64,000 nt of DNA from NCBI GenBank assembly GCA_012295275.1, contig CM022676.1:6138001-6202000 (forward strand), in the 5' to 3' direction. Below, piece by piece: positions 14,164 to 59,041 of this stretch (positions are counted from its first letter, which is position 1; the number at the start of each line of letters is the position of its first letter). The position numbers were made by a program, and so were the translations under genes. The notes beneath the pieces are model-generated. The model made no database searches, was not told the DNA's origin, and was given only the letters and a program-made list of their open reading frames with translations. The DNA is from Chrysomallon squamiferum (taxonomy: Eukaryota; Animalia; Mollusca).

Positions 14164-14578
14164 TGTACATTTATGTAATAACAAGTGCATGTAGGAGTGT
14201 ATTTATCTCTGTTGTGAGTGTTTTTAAGATTCAGAGAGAGATATCGTGGTTTTTTTTTTTTTTCGGTCATTCATCTTAAAGCTCTGTTTTGAAAAGCCTT
14301 TTCTGTCGAGTCTAAAAACGTGTTTCTCCTCTTAATAAGTATGTCGCCTTTGATGTCGTGAGAGGGGGGAATGCATTGTTATAGCCTCGTAGAAAAGTAA
14401 ACAAGTGATATTTCATTCATGTGTATTGTAGTTTCGTCAGTCAGTGATGTCTGACCTCTCTCCAAACCATCTAAACAGTTCAGTGACTGTAATTATATGT
14501 ATTTGTTTGTCAAACAAACAGGGGAAACGTTTTTGTGAAAGTATACAGTTTAACTGAATATTACATCATTCCCGTAAG

Positions 14579-14609
<31 letters not shown>

Positions 14610-14627
14610 TTGCTGTAGTAGTAATAT

Positions 14628-14680
<53 letters not shown>

Positions 14681-14731
14681 TTAATAATAATAATAATAAT
14701 AATAATTACAACAACGACAACAATAATAAAA

Positions 14732-14762
<31 letters not shown>

Positions 14763-15203
14763 TAATACTATTGTTACAGGTAAATCACAGTAATTTAATA
14801 GTTATATTTATACATAAATCCAAGGATGCCTATTGTGCTTACAAGTCTTGAAAACGTATTATTTTATTTAAAAATAAGATTGATAATAATAATAATTTTA
14901 TTTAAAAATAAGATTGATAATAATAATAATAATAATTCAAAAATAAAAATAATAATAATTGATTTTACGTCATATCTGATCGACATGGAAACAACAACAA
15001 TTAAAGTAGAGAGAAAAAAACAACAATGTATCACCTTTTAATAAATTTTAGTAGTTGTTTTTTTAATTATTATTCTTATTGTCGTTGTTATTATTATTAT
15101 TGTTTTAAAATCACATAATACAAATACGGTTTATACAGGTTTATAATAATAATGATAAGAAGAAGAAGAAGAAGAAGAAGAAAAAGAAGCAGCAGCAGAA
15201 GAA

Positions 15204-15236
<33 letters not shown>

Positions 15237-15564
15237 GTTGTTGTTGTTGTTGTAGTTGCTGCTACGTTTTCACCAGTTCCAAAAATCTACCGGTTAACCC
15301 TCTGTTACGAACAGACTGTTTGAAAATGAAATTTAAACGGGATATTTTACAACAAACAATTTAATCCGATAAATCATGCTATAGATACAATAACATTAAA
15401 TTTTAAGCCAGAGATAAATGACCTGTTACTGCGTATTATCTTTTTAGAACAACGTCTTAAAACAAAGAAGAATTACTGTGACGTTTTATGTGATATTTGT
15501 CACGTAAATCCGGCATAGAAAAAGTCTGGGAAAATGGTTTTCGTTTCTGTTATCTCTCTCCGAC

Positions 15565-15606
<42 letters not shown>

Positions 15607-15890
15607 CTTTGAATTTTAATCTTTTTTTTTCATTTTTTTTTTTTTTTTTTTTATTTTTTTTTTTATAGACAGACCCAATCTGTTGATTCCAATTTAACTC
15701 CACATGCTTTTCTGTATATATTTCTCTCTCTTTCTTTTTTTTCTCTCTTTTTCTCTCTTTCTATATTTTTCTCTCGGTCTCTTTGATTTTTTCCTCTTTA
15801 GCCGAAATAATTATATTAAACTGGATAATTTTGATAAAAAGATTTGAAAAAATTACGAAGACTATTTTAGACTTTTATGCTCATATCGTT

Positions 15891-16023
15891 GTATTATATT
15901 ATATTATATTATGTTATGTTATGTTATATTATTTTATATTATATTATGTTATGTTATGTTATGTTATGTTATGTTATGTTATGTTATGTTATGTTATGTT
16001 ATATTATATTATATTATATTATT
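15891..16023. repeat. (TTATG/TTATA)n pentanucleotide microsatellite
   Basis: Direct inspection. Confidence 0.95.
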
Positions 16024-16861
16024 AGATGCACTGAGGGAAAATGTTTACTTATTTTCAAAGTCCATATTTTTCATCTATAATTCTCTCACTTAAAAATATA
16101 AAAATAATTTTTATCTTAAACTCTCAGTCTTCAATTCTATTTTCCTCTGTACAGATTTCACACAAACACACCCATACACCCACCCACTTTTACACACACG
16201 AAGACATACTCACGTACTAACGTACATGGTTTTGTCTGTTTCGTTTTTTTAATTTAAAAAAAAAAAAAAATTCTAATCTCACATGTAGACTTTGTTTAAC
16301 ATTCTTCAGTTACAATATAAACAAAAAGAACGAAAATAGTCTAGTATATTTTTCTAACATTTTTTTTTTTATCTTTCTACTAAAATCATGTGTCACTCAA
16401 TGTATTTCGAGTAAAAAAAAAAAAACTAATAATAAAAAATAAAAATTTGACGTGATTTTGTCACGTTAAAGTCAAATAAAATTTATTTACGTGCTTCACG
16501 TGATCTCCTTCTAACATAGCCTGGGTTATTTAATAAAATTAAAAAGATATTAATAATATGTGTGTGCACGCGCAGATGTGTATAAGTATTTATTTATTTA
16601 TTTATTTATTTTTGTATTAAAGATCTCTTTTTTTGTTGTTGTTCACAGACAAAAAGAGAATCTATCGTCCTATTTATCTAGTACATTGTCATTATTATTG
16701 TCATTAATTAAATACAGTAATTAAATACTATTAAATACAGCAATGGTAGGAATAGTAACGGTAGTAACCAAAGTAGTAGTAATAATCGTAGCAGATGCTA
16801 TCGTAGTAGCAGTTACACAGTTGTCACAGTTTATATTTAAATCCAAATGTAGTCGTTAACA

Positions 16862-16916
<55 letters not shown>

Positions 16917-17322
16917 ACATTAGTCAAATTCAGTTTTCCGTAGTTTAGGCCATCCCGAAATCTAATTTTGGCTCCAACTTAAAAAAAAACTTTTAAAATG
17001 TTTATATTAGTTGGATACGTTCTTATACCTGTTACGTGCTAAATAATGCATAAAATTATCTACGTAGGTTATAAAGTCAAATGCCATGACAACGCCAATC
17101 AAGATAAATCAAATGTGACGTCACCGTTATGTTTGGGAACGATTCTAGAAAATTCCATTATGCGCACAATCGTTATAAAGCAAACAAATTTAGCTTAAAA
17201 GCGGCTGTTAATATTATCTTGTGTTTAAATACTGAAAATAAAAGATATTTTATGAATGTAAACGATTTATTTATTTTATTTACGTTGTTGAATGACTGAG
17301 TAGGAGGAGCCCTTTAAACCAC

Positions 17323-17366
<44 letters not shown>

Positions 17367-17701
17367 TTTTTCAGCGTTACATTCCACATACTTGATGAGG
17401 TTCTGTAGTATTATTGTTGTTGCTGCGTTGTTGTTGTTGTCGTTGATGATGATGATGATGATGATGATGGTGGTGATGTTAAAACTAATCATCGTCACGG
17501 TTTTTATTAATCAAATCTTAGATTTTAATGTTTTATTTTAATATGTTAAGCAGAAAAACATTGATATTTTATTTATTTATTTATTTTCAAAATGAATACA
17601 AATTTATTAATTTATTTTGACTGATTTGACTTGACTTTTCTTGTTCTTTTGGATTAAGTACATTAAAAATGTTTTTATTAATTAATTACTTCTTTACTTT
17701 T

Positions 17702-17741
<40 letters not shown>

Positions 17742-18198
17742 GCTACTACAACTACTACTATCACCATTCTATTGTTATTATTTAGCTACTGAATTATTTT
17801 TCAATGATATTGGTATATTTAAGAAAGAAAAAGCAGTAGTAATAGTATTAGTAGTCGTGGTAGTAGTGGTAGTAGTAATAGTAATGATTGTTGTAGAAAT
17901 AGTAGTTATGGTAATAGAAGTACAAATATAATAACAATAGCAGTATTAAAAGCACTAATGATAATAGCAAAATAAATACTAATAGTTGCTGTTGCTGTTG
18001 TTGTTGTTGTAGCCATAGTAGTAGTGATAATAATAGTAGTATAATAGTTTAATGTGTGATCGATTGGTTTGAGCAAAGATAACAGTTTGGAAGCGATGAC
18101 TGAACTTTTTTTTCTTCTTTTTTTTAACCACTTATCAGCGCATTTTATTATTATATGTCAAATATAATTATGTGTTTTTGTTTATTATGAATACACCT

Positions 18199-18326
18199 GT
18201 ACAAAGAGACAGATATATATACACTACGACATATACATACACACATAAATATACACACATACATACATATCCATACTGATACGTACACACACGTATATAT
18301 ACAAATATATAGTCCGAAATACCCGA
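18199..18326 (+). repeat. Dispersed copy of 10372..10506
   Basis: Shared catactgatacgtacacacacgtatatatacaaatatatagtccgaaatacccg. Confidence 0.85.
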
Positions 18327-18349
18327 TATAAAAGAATTAAACTGCAACC

Positions 18350-18512
18350 TATTTCATGTGTTGTTTTCTTCGACCAACAGCAAGGTATCTTTTACAAGCA
18401 TCGTCATACAGAAATGAACACAGTACGGCTTAAACAGTAAATAAACAAAAGTTGATTTGACGACCCCCGTTTTCAAGCTAGCGTTCTAACACCAGTCTAC
18501 CTTTCGGTCGCA
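18350..18512 (-). mobile_element. Degenerate SINE-like element
   Basis: The reverse complement contains taaaagataccttgctgttg, similar to aaaaatgttcttgctgctaa (~20787) and aaaagaatgcttgctgctag (~56341). Confidence 0.4.
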
Positions 18513-19024
18513 GACTGATAATGCTATACAGTTATTAGGTGAAATTTATTACTTGAAATAAAATAAAGGCCAAGTAAGAAAAACCTCTAAAAATCGACCT
18601 ACCGTTCTTTCCTAAGCCTGCAGAACACGTTATAGCTGGAATTTATTTACTTTAAATAAAATAAAAAATATCGCTAAATCAGAAAGGTCACGATATTTCT
18701 GTCAGTTTGTAAAATTACTGTTTATATAAACATTTAATTATGTATCTTAAACAGTATTTATTATTTTTGAGGCACACAGTACGACTGTATGCAAATTGTA
18801 TTACTGGTGGTCTTTATTTGTTCTTTTTTTTTTTCTCCTGATTTGTTTTGTTTTTTCTTCTTTTTTTTTTTTTTTTTTTGTTCTTTTTAAAAACAAGGTA
18901 TTACAATACATTTTCACGTGCCACCCTTTGCGTTTACACAACATTACACCAAACAATTTTTATTTTTTATTTTATTTTTTATTTTTTTTATTTGCACTAG
19001 TTACTTTATGTTTGCGTATGTGTA

Positions 19025-19196
19025 AGGTGGACTTCCGGCTCATGCTTGAATGTATTATTGCTCCGCTTGTCCCAAGATTTGGCCTAGTTTTTCACGGCGC
19101 ATGCGTCCTGCCGGCAACGCAATCACGCTTCTCTGTTTATAAAAAGAGAACGATTGCAGTGCGCTGGACTGTGCAGTAAATAATAACTTGGTAACG
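19025..19196 (+). promoter_or_regulatory. ETHE1 core promoter
   Basis: Local CpG/GC enrichment with an ETS-type ACTTCCGG (19031..19038), an NRF1-like GCGCATGCGT (19097..19106) and TATAAAAAG (19138..19146) ~50 nt before the ATG. ETS/GABP plus NRF1 sites are typical of nuclear genes for mitochondrial proteins. Confidence 0.7.
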
Positions 19197-51109
<31,913 letters not shown>

Positions 51110-51306
51110 AGTGAAAACAAAACAGAAAAGAAAAGAAAAATCTGGAAATTTCGACTGTTGGACTTTCGTGTGTTAGCTTAATAATCTAAGCATGCAGTAT
51201 TTTACAAATCATTTGTAATGATCAGAGCAACGTTATTTCAGATACAAGAATCACTCCCAGATACATTTTAAATTCTCTCTGATTTTAGCTGTAATTCAGA
51301 TTATAT

Positions 51307-51338
<32 letters not shown>

Positions 51339-54107
51339 CACTCCACAGGTAGAGAATGTAAGAGATATTTAAATTTGAAAATAAAATGTTTATTTTTTTT
51401 TTTTTTTTTTTTTTTTTTGTTATTATTATTAGAAACATTATCATTATGAAAGATATGATTTTTATATTTTAGTTAATTTTAAAATTGTGATTTTTTAAAA
51501 AACTTTTTTTTTGTTTCATTTTTGGTTTTGTTTTAAACAGCAGTTGTGGAATATAAAAAAAAATTTTTAATTTAAAATTCTGTTGGTATTTGGTATTTGA
51601 TTCTAATACCTTTATCTTATTTTATTCTTCTAGGTTATCTAGAATGTAAGAAATATTTTTTATTTAAATTTATTTTGGGGGGGTATCTAAAAATGAATAT
51701 TTTCCAATCAGAATTCAATTTGTATTTCCTACAACCCCATAATATACAGCAGATATTTTGCAATTTAAATTCTCTGTAAAATACAAACTTTTTTTTTTTG
51801 GTTTTAAAATAAAAACTGCTACCCTAAAAACAAAGTTTAATATTTTAATTATCTATTCTTATGTTAAGCTGGAGATTTTGTATTTTCTTTGTGTACTATT
51901 AATAAGAAGCTAATTAATGTAAATAGGTTTTGGGATTAATGAATTAATTATAGGTTTTGGGTGTTTTAATACATTTTTAATCAGCTTTGTAAAATAAATA
52001 TTCAAGTTTTTGCTGAAGCTTTCCGTTTTAAAAATAAACATTAATCCCTATTTTTATCATAGATAATGAAATAATTACGTCATTGTTCTAAAACATGGAG
52101 TCTTTTGTCCAGTTTTTGTAACATTTAATCTCTTGGCTTCTGATTTTTTATTTATTGTTGATTGGTTTAATGTTAAAGAGTCTGGAAATTAGTTTTATTT
52201 TTAATTACTTGCAAAACTGAAAAATGAAAACAGAATAGGTTGGCATTTAAATTTGTCTTGCTAATGTGCTAGAAATAATATTACTGTTTTATTTTAGTTT
52301 ATTATCTTTTTAAAATTTATTGTTTTTTAGAATTAGAATATTTTTCAAGTATTTAAAATATAAATGGCATTTTGTAGGATTTTGGATCAAGTTTATTTTT
52401 TTTTTGCTAAAATTTTAATGTTTTTCATAGATTGATTATTATTTTCTTTAACCGTCTTTAGAAGATGGTGGCTGTAATATTTTAGCTTAATTAATTATAT
52501 TAATTATTCATAAATGTATCCATAAATAAATCACTTCTGTGTGATAATTTTGTTTTTAATCATAGAAATTTATAAAACATATATAATGATTTTAAGCAAA
52601 CAATAAACCGTGAATTCAGAAAAAGATGATTCTGAGCTTACAGAAAAAAAAAAAAAAAAAAAATTTCTATTACAGACAAGGTATATTCATCTATATCTGC
52701 TAATATGGTTTTAAACTGGGGTTTGGTGTATTAGTTTTAAAAAGACAGAAATTTTTTTTTTTGTCTAACATCTAGCCAGAAATTTTATTTCAATTTAGAA
52801 CTGAAAACAATGTTTGCTTGGTTTATACAGATTATGAAAATTATTAAACTATTTATATTCATCTGCATAGAGCTTGAAATATTAAGTCAGTGTTTAATAG
52901 AAGAAAATATAATTTCGTTAAGTTTTTTTTATTTTATGTTTTGTTTCTATATTTTATCTTTTCTGTTAGGTTAATGGTCAATGCAAGGTTAAGAAGTAAG
53001 TGTAGGGCAGACAATACATTTAATATTAATCAGTGGTGTAACAATAAATGTATAAATTATTACCATTATAGTAAAATAAATAAGGAAAATTTTACATGTT
53101 ATAAATGAAACATGTTGCTTAAAGAAAATTATTTATCTTTTTTTCCATACGGTTTTGTAAAAATTTTATTTTTCTAATTTCTTTTTCTTTTGTTCTTTAT
53201 TTTATTTTAAAATTTTTGTTTGGGTAGGGCTTGTGTTTGTTTTGAGGTTTTGTTTTGTGTGTATGTATGTATGTATGTGTGTGTGTGTGTGTGTGTTGGA
53301 GATGGTGGTTAGAAAGAGCAGCAGTCTTCAAACTATGTGGTATGTGCTGTCTGACATTTCCATGAACCAGTCTTAACAGACAAGCAAAGTAGTGTTGATT
53401 ATTCTTTATCCTTGAATTTCTCTATAAACATTTTTCATTTCAAGATGATGATTGAATAAGACAAATATTAACTGGACAATTTTAAGATTTTAATTAGCAT
53501 TTCTATTCTATTGAATTAACATTTGAATTCAGGTCTTTTTTTTGTTTTTACCAGTGCATGACAAAAAAAAAAAAAAAAATAATAAATAAAAATCGTTTGA
53601 AGATTACTGATCTATATTTTGAAATAGAAAAATATTTTTGTTTTTTTTTTTTTGCCCCCCCCTCCATTATGTGTAAATAGAAATAATATATTGTGGAGTT
53701 TTTTTTTTACATTAATGTACGTTATTAGTGAATACTTGTATAACCAGGACACATAGCATCAGTTTGTCTCTCACTTTATATACCCCGTGACAAAATATTT
53801 TTTAAATTTAATTTTGAAATAGTGGTGAAATTGTTATGAGCTAATAGTCGGTGACCAAAAAAAAAAAAAATTGGAGTTCAACATTAAAAAAAAAAAAAAA
53901 GATGAAGAAAATATGTAATTTCTTCTTTAATAGTTTGTATATTTTTAAAATCTTGTGTGCCGTTTGATTCTGTATTGTAAAAAAGTTCACTGATGTAATA
54001 TCAGTTGTAATCTGTAATTTTTTTTTTTTTTTTTTTTTTCACCCTTTGAAATTTGGTTTAATTCAAATACAGTGATTCCTTGAATCGCATGGACCATTAA
54101 GATTTCA

Positions 54108-54228
54108 CTGAGGTCACTAAAGGAATCATCTAAGTGATAGGTCACTAAGGGATCAGCTAAATGTTATAGGTCACTGAATGTTCATCTAAATGACAGGTCA
54201 CTGGATGTTCATCTAAGAGATAGATCAA
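54108..54228. repeat. Minisatellite, ~27-bp unit x4 (aggtcact...tcatctaa)
   Basis: Direct inspection. Confidence 0.8.
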
Positions 54229-56249
54229 TAAGAAAAAAATACTTTTGAACTTAAATTTAAAAGAAAATACTTGAGAACTGAAAAATTTCCAGGGTTCCAG
54301 TAAATGTTTGGGGAAGACAACTCTGTTCTTCTAAGAAATAAAACACTATTTATGAACACCATGAATCAGTCTATGGTCCATTGTAATCAAGGATTCACTG
54401 TTTCTTTGCTACTAGAGAAAAATATTTACTTGTTGGAGTGTGAATATATGATATTTTTTATCACTATTGTACTGCTTTTTTTAATTTTAGAATCTTTTTA
54501 TATCAGTCTATTCAACCAGATATCATATTTTGTTTCCTTAACATTTTAATAATAATAATAATAGCCTGTTTAATTAGCAAAAGGATTATTTTTTTTTCTT
54601 CTAATTTCTTCATGGTTTGCTTCGTTGCTATGGATACGGAGAGATTTGGGGTGGTTTGTTTAAATACATGAAAAGCTGTTAGAAAATGGGAGTTTTAATA
54701 AAATGCAAGACAGTTGTGTAATTTTAAAATGTAATAATTAATTAAAAGTATTAGTGAGGTGAAGGTAAATATATTATTAAAAAACAAAATGTTAAAATTA
54801 ATATTTAAAAAAATGAAATGTTAGCAGAAAAATGGTCATTTTTAAATACATCATAAGGTATATAATATTAACATTAATTTTAAATAATTTTATAATCTAC
54901 ATTTATTAGTACATTGTGAAATGTATGTTTTTCAAGGCCATGAAATAATATTACTTGAATATAAAATGATAGTGGAATATTGCATGAAACAGTGCCATGT
55001 TATATAATGTAGAATTTAAATTTACAAAAAATAATTAAATATGTAAATAAATAAACAACAATTTTAGTCAGAGGGCATTAAAAAAAATGAATAAATTCAA
55101 ACTTGGCAGCTACAGAAAATCAACAGGTTTTTTAAATATTTAAGGTTTTTATTTTGCAATGAATTAAATAAGATTTATTTTAACGTAATAAATTTTAATG
55201 ATCGGCATTATTTACTTTTATTAGTTTTTAATGTTAAAAATAGGCAGCTCAAATTGACAAATTAAATGTTAAGTAAGGGTTAAGTACGAGTTTTTTTATT
55301 TTATTTATTTATATATTTAATCAGTGATCAGTTATCTAAAATTTAAAGATTTAAAACTAATTTTTGTCAAGCTGAAATGATTCGAAAAAGAAGAGATAGA
55401 GATGTTCACGAAACATGGCATAATTATGTACATGAAAAAAAAAATGAAAATGACTTCATGGTCCAGTGCATTGCCCAGGTATTTTTTTATTTGTTAACAG
55501 GTATATTAAGAATAAAAATGATGCCATGCCTATATGTAACTGTTTTTTTTTTTCTAATACAAGTTCAGAGATTTGGCATCATTCATACAAAATGTAACCA
55601 TGTTACTTTGAAAATAGTTTTAACAAATTTTATTTTTTTATTTCTTTATGTCTGTGTGCAGATACTTAAAACGCACATAAAGATGCATGGACGGAAGGAC
55701 ATGCACATGAAAATGCAAGGACGCACAGACATTTTTTGAATTCCATAAACTGGGTGTTGTATTTCATCATAATTAATTTCAATGCCTTTTTTTTTTTTTA
55801 TTTTAAGGGAATTATAACTGTGGCTTTGTTGGTTAGGTTGAAAAAAGACATTGAATGTCATATTTGTAATATTTGGTACCTAAAAATAAAAATAAAACAG
55901 AGAACCATACATGTGGCTTTTCATGTAGATAGATATATCCATGTTACATTTTTGTTGACTTTTTTTGGCAGGCAGAGATAATTATAGTGCTATGGAAAAC
56001 TTATTTTCCTAATAAAGGTTTTTAATCTGAAGATATTGTTTTTTTTTTTTTTTTTGTTCTTTAATGGCCGTTTTACATATACTAATTAAATTTGTAAATA
56101 AGAATATATATGTATATAGTCTTAATAATACGTCTTGTTTTGTTTAAACATTTCTTTTTCCACAAAATTTTTGGTATTTCTTTCAGTCTGTTAACAGGTT
56201 CCTATATGATTATATCTGACAAGTCTTGTTCAGTATATGTTTATAATGT

Positions 56250-56410
56250 GCTCATTGATCTATTTCACAATCCAACTAGTGTTCCATGATGATCAAATCT
56301 CTTCCTGCCTGGATAAAAGCGAATCTTGTTGCCAGCAAATAAAAGAATGCTTGCTGCTAGCCTATGAAGCAGTAGCAGTAAATTTTGTTGTTTTTTGAAA
56401 ATTACCCAAG
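56250..56410 (+). mobile_element. Degenerate SINE-like element
   Basis: Shares its core with the fragments at ~20787 and ~18375 (reverse strand). Confidence 0.4.
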
Positions 56411-57093
56411 TTTATTTTCTCTTGCCTAAATCCATTTATTTCCTTTTATAAACCCTATTTTTTTTCTTTCTTTCTTATTTTTCATTAAACCCGTTATTTT
56501 TGCCATACACACAATAAAAATTTAAAAAACTGGTTTCACCATAAGTAATTTGTTTAAACAAGCATTCTGGGGTACCACAGTATCATGGTACTTAACTATT
56601 TGAAAGAAATATACTTACATATATGAAGGTAAATATACTTCAATATGCATTTTTTTACTGTATCTGCATCACATCCATGCCAAAGTGTTGACAAATAAAT
56701 GCAGTTAAAACATTAATTAAAACAGTTTATGAAAGAACACCATAGCACTGGCTTCCATCCATTCAAGGGAGGTAACCACGATATCACAGTAAATCAATGT
56801 TAGTAATGTCTAGTAAACAAAATTCAACACAAGAACAAAGATAATTCAACTTGAAATGTTTTGTTTTTGATTTGAAGTCAGATAACTATCAGAGCAGAAT
56901 TGTATGTGTGTATGGTAAGTACTGAGGCTATTATTTATAAGCATGGAGGGGCTGTCGGTGAAATCATACTCTGTAATTTTATAACCAAACAGTAAAGCTC
57001 TAAATGTGTACCCCAAAATTTTGACATTTCTTCAAAATAATCCACCGCCAAAACAGCATGTTGTCTGTCTTCACATTTCTGTTAGTAAACCTG

Positions 57094-57107
57094 CCACAAG
57101 GGGGCGC
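57094..57107 (+). promoter_or_regulatory. CTCF-like binding site between the convergent genes
   Basis: CCACAAGGGGGCGC closely matches the CTCF core CCASYAGRKGGCRS (one mismatch) and lies in a small GC-rich island in very AT-rich DNA. Confidence 0.55.
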
Positions 57108-57996
57108 CTTGCAGGCTTAAACCGCGAACTTGTAAATGCCATGTTACCATAGATACCGCGAGCAAGGAGTATACTCATAAATTAACTAGTCTTTCTTTTT
57201 TTTTTTTCCACATAAAAAAACCACACACACACACACACATATATATTTCTTTTTTAAGCTAATTTTATTTAATTTTAAATTTTTATTTATTACTGTTACT
57301 GTTATTACTACAACTTCACATCAATGTGTGATCAATCATTCACTGAAAATAAATAACATGAACCAGTGTTAATTAATTCTAAAACATTTATTTCAGAACG
57401 TGAAAATATGAATGAATTACAGAAGTATGACATTTAAAAAATAAAGAGCATAATTCGTGATGCAAAAATACACAAAATAAACTTTTTGAGGAAGGGTGGT
57501 TTGAAAGAATAATCCATTTATGACAAGCAGGTAAAACAAGTAAAAAAAACAAACAAAAATCAGTATTTTAAAAACAAAACTGAATGATACGGTTAGAAGT
57601 TTCTCAAAAGTGAATTATTTTCTGCATTTTTTTGTATACCAAAATATTTCCCATGTTAGACATATATTAAATTATTTTTGCAATGGAATAAAAGTAAATT
57701 ATTTTCCTCACATAACAAAATTACATTCCCATCTCTTAGAAATGCTGCTATGATTTTTACACATAAGAATGCTACCTCAAAGACACAAACAAAACAAAAA
57801 TTTTTTTTTTTTTAAAAATCAGATGTTAGGTTTTATTATTAAACAAATGAAAAAAAAAAATTAAAATAAAAGTCATCCTCAAGTTTTTCACAATTAAAAA
57901 AGGGAAATGAGACCCAAGATGGAAAATGAAACATTTCAAAGATTATTTTCAACTGACATTTTTTTTTTTTTTTTTTTTTTTTTTTGGTTATTTTCG

Positions 57997-58129
57997 TCAG
58001 TATCGTCCATGACGGTCTCTTGAGCGCGACCTTCGTCGGTCCCGGCTCCGTGACCTTGACCTCCGATCTCTGCTTCTCGACCTTCTTCTGTCTATCTCTC
58101 GCCTTGTAGGTGGTGATCGCGACTTAGAT
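57997..58129 (-). CDS. U2AF1: U2AF1 last coding exon, RS domain ([44 protein letters not shown])
   Basis: Acceptor TTGTTTTCAG|, phase matches the previous exon, RS/RD dipeptides, TGA at 57999..57997. Confidence 0.94.
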
Positions 58130-58399
58130 CTGAAAACAAAGACAAGGTAAAACAAATCAGGCGATTGTCACTTTTAGACTTTGTATCATGTAATCTTTTT
58201 TAATTTTTTCTCTCAAGTATTTAGGGTTTAATTTCAAGTATTATTTTTAATTGTGTCTGCTAGATATTATTTAAATTTTTTAGGAAAGGCTCCATAAATG
58301 TGAATACAATTCAACAGATACTTAACAGTTAACAAATGAACTGTTTAATGTATTTGTTTCAAGTATGAATGTGTGGGGGAGAGATTGAGAGAGAGAGAG

Positions 58400-58456
<57 letters not shown>

Positions 58457-59007
58457 CAGTCAGTGAAGGAGGGATAAAAATTGAATAATAGAGTAAAGGA
58501 CAGATAAAGAGAGACAGACTGAATGAGACTGAGTAAAAGAAGGGATGAGACAGACACAGAAAATGAAGAAGACAGAGATATCCAAGTTTTGTGTTTGTAA
58601 ATCTTAACAAACTTCTCCAGTCCTGCAATTCCTGGGCCCTCACAGATTTCAAAAATTTATAGTCCCGATGGCCGTGAATGTCACGTTAATATCCCGAAAA
58701 TCTTCTTTTTGTCTTAATTTACGTAACTGAAACATACACAGAGTCAATGGGGGAAAAAACAAAATAAAAATAGAATAGAATAAAACTAATTCCTGCCTGT
58801 ACCGTTTCTTTCTTCTTCTGCCATAGAGTTCTCGTCTGAGTTCTCTTGATATAGGCTTCAAGTGCATGAAGTTGCAAAAACCACCTCTAGTGCATTCACT
58901 GAAAATTTTCAATCATTTGTAATACAAAAACGTCATCAGAATCCTAATGCTTTTCAAAAGTTGGGAGTTTCTTGTTTAGAAACTGAACACATTTATATCA
59001 TACACTG

Positions 59008-59041
<34 letters not shown>

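Noticed and set aside
1054-17498. Numerous 60-143 aa ORFs in the track (poly-HT, CV, YI, LS, VVV, LLL)
   Set aside because: Translations of (CA)n, (TA)n, (TC)n, (GTA)n and (TTATG)n microsatellites, with no domain signal or splice support. The same applies to ORFs around 23362-28904, 32906-33266 and 47611-47944.
51370-52040. AATAAA hexamers as the ETHE1 poly(A) signal
   Set aside because: AATAAA is ubiquitous in this AT-rich DNA and none can be singled out without 3'-end data.
58649-58912. 87-aa ORF taken as the U2AF1 C-terminus (…[15 protein letters not shown]…)
   Set aside because: Read-through into the intron past the GT at 58802; the real RS-domain exon is 58129..57997.
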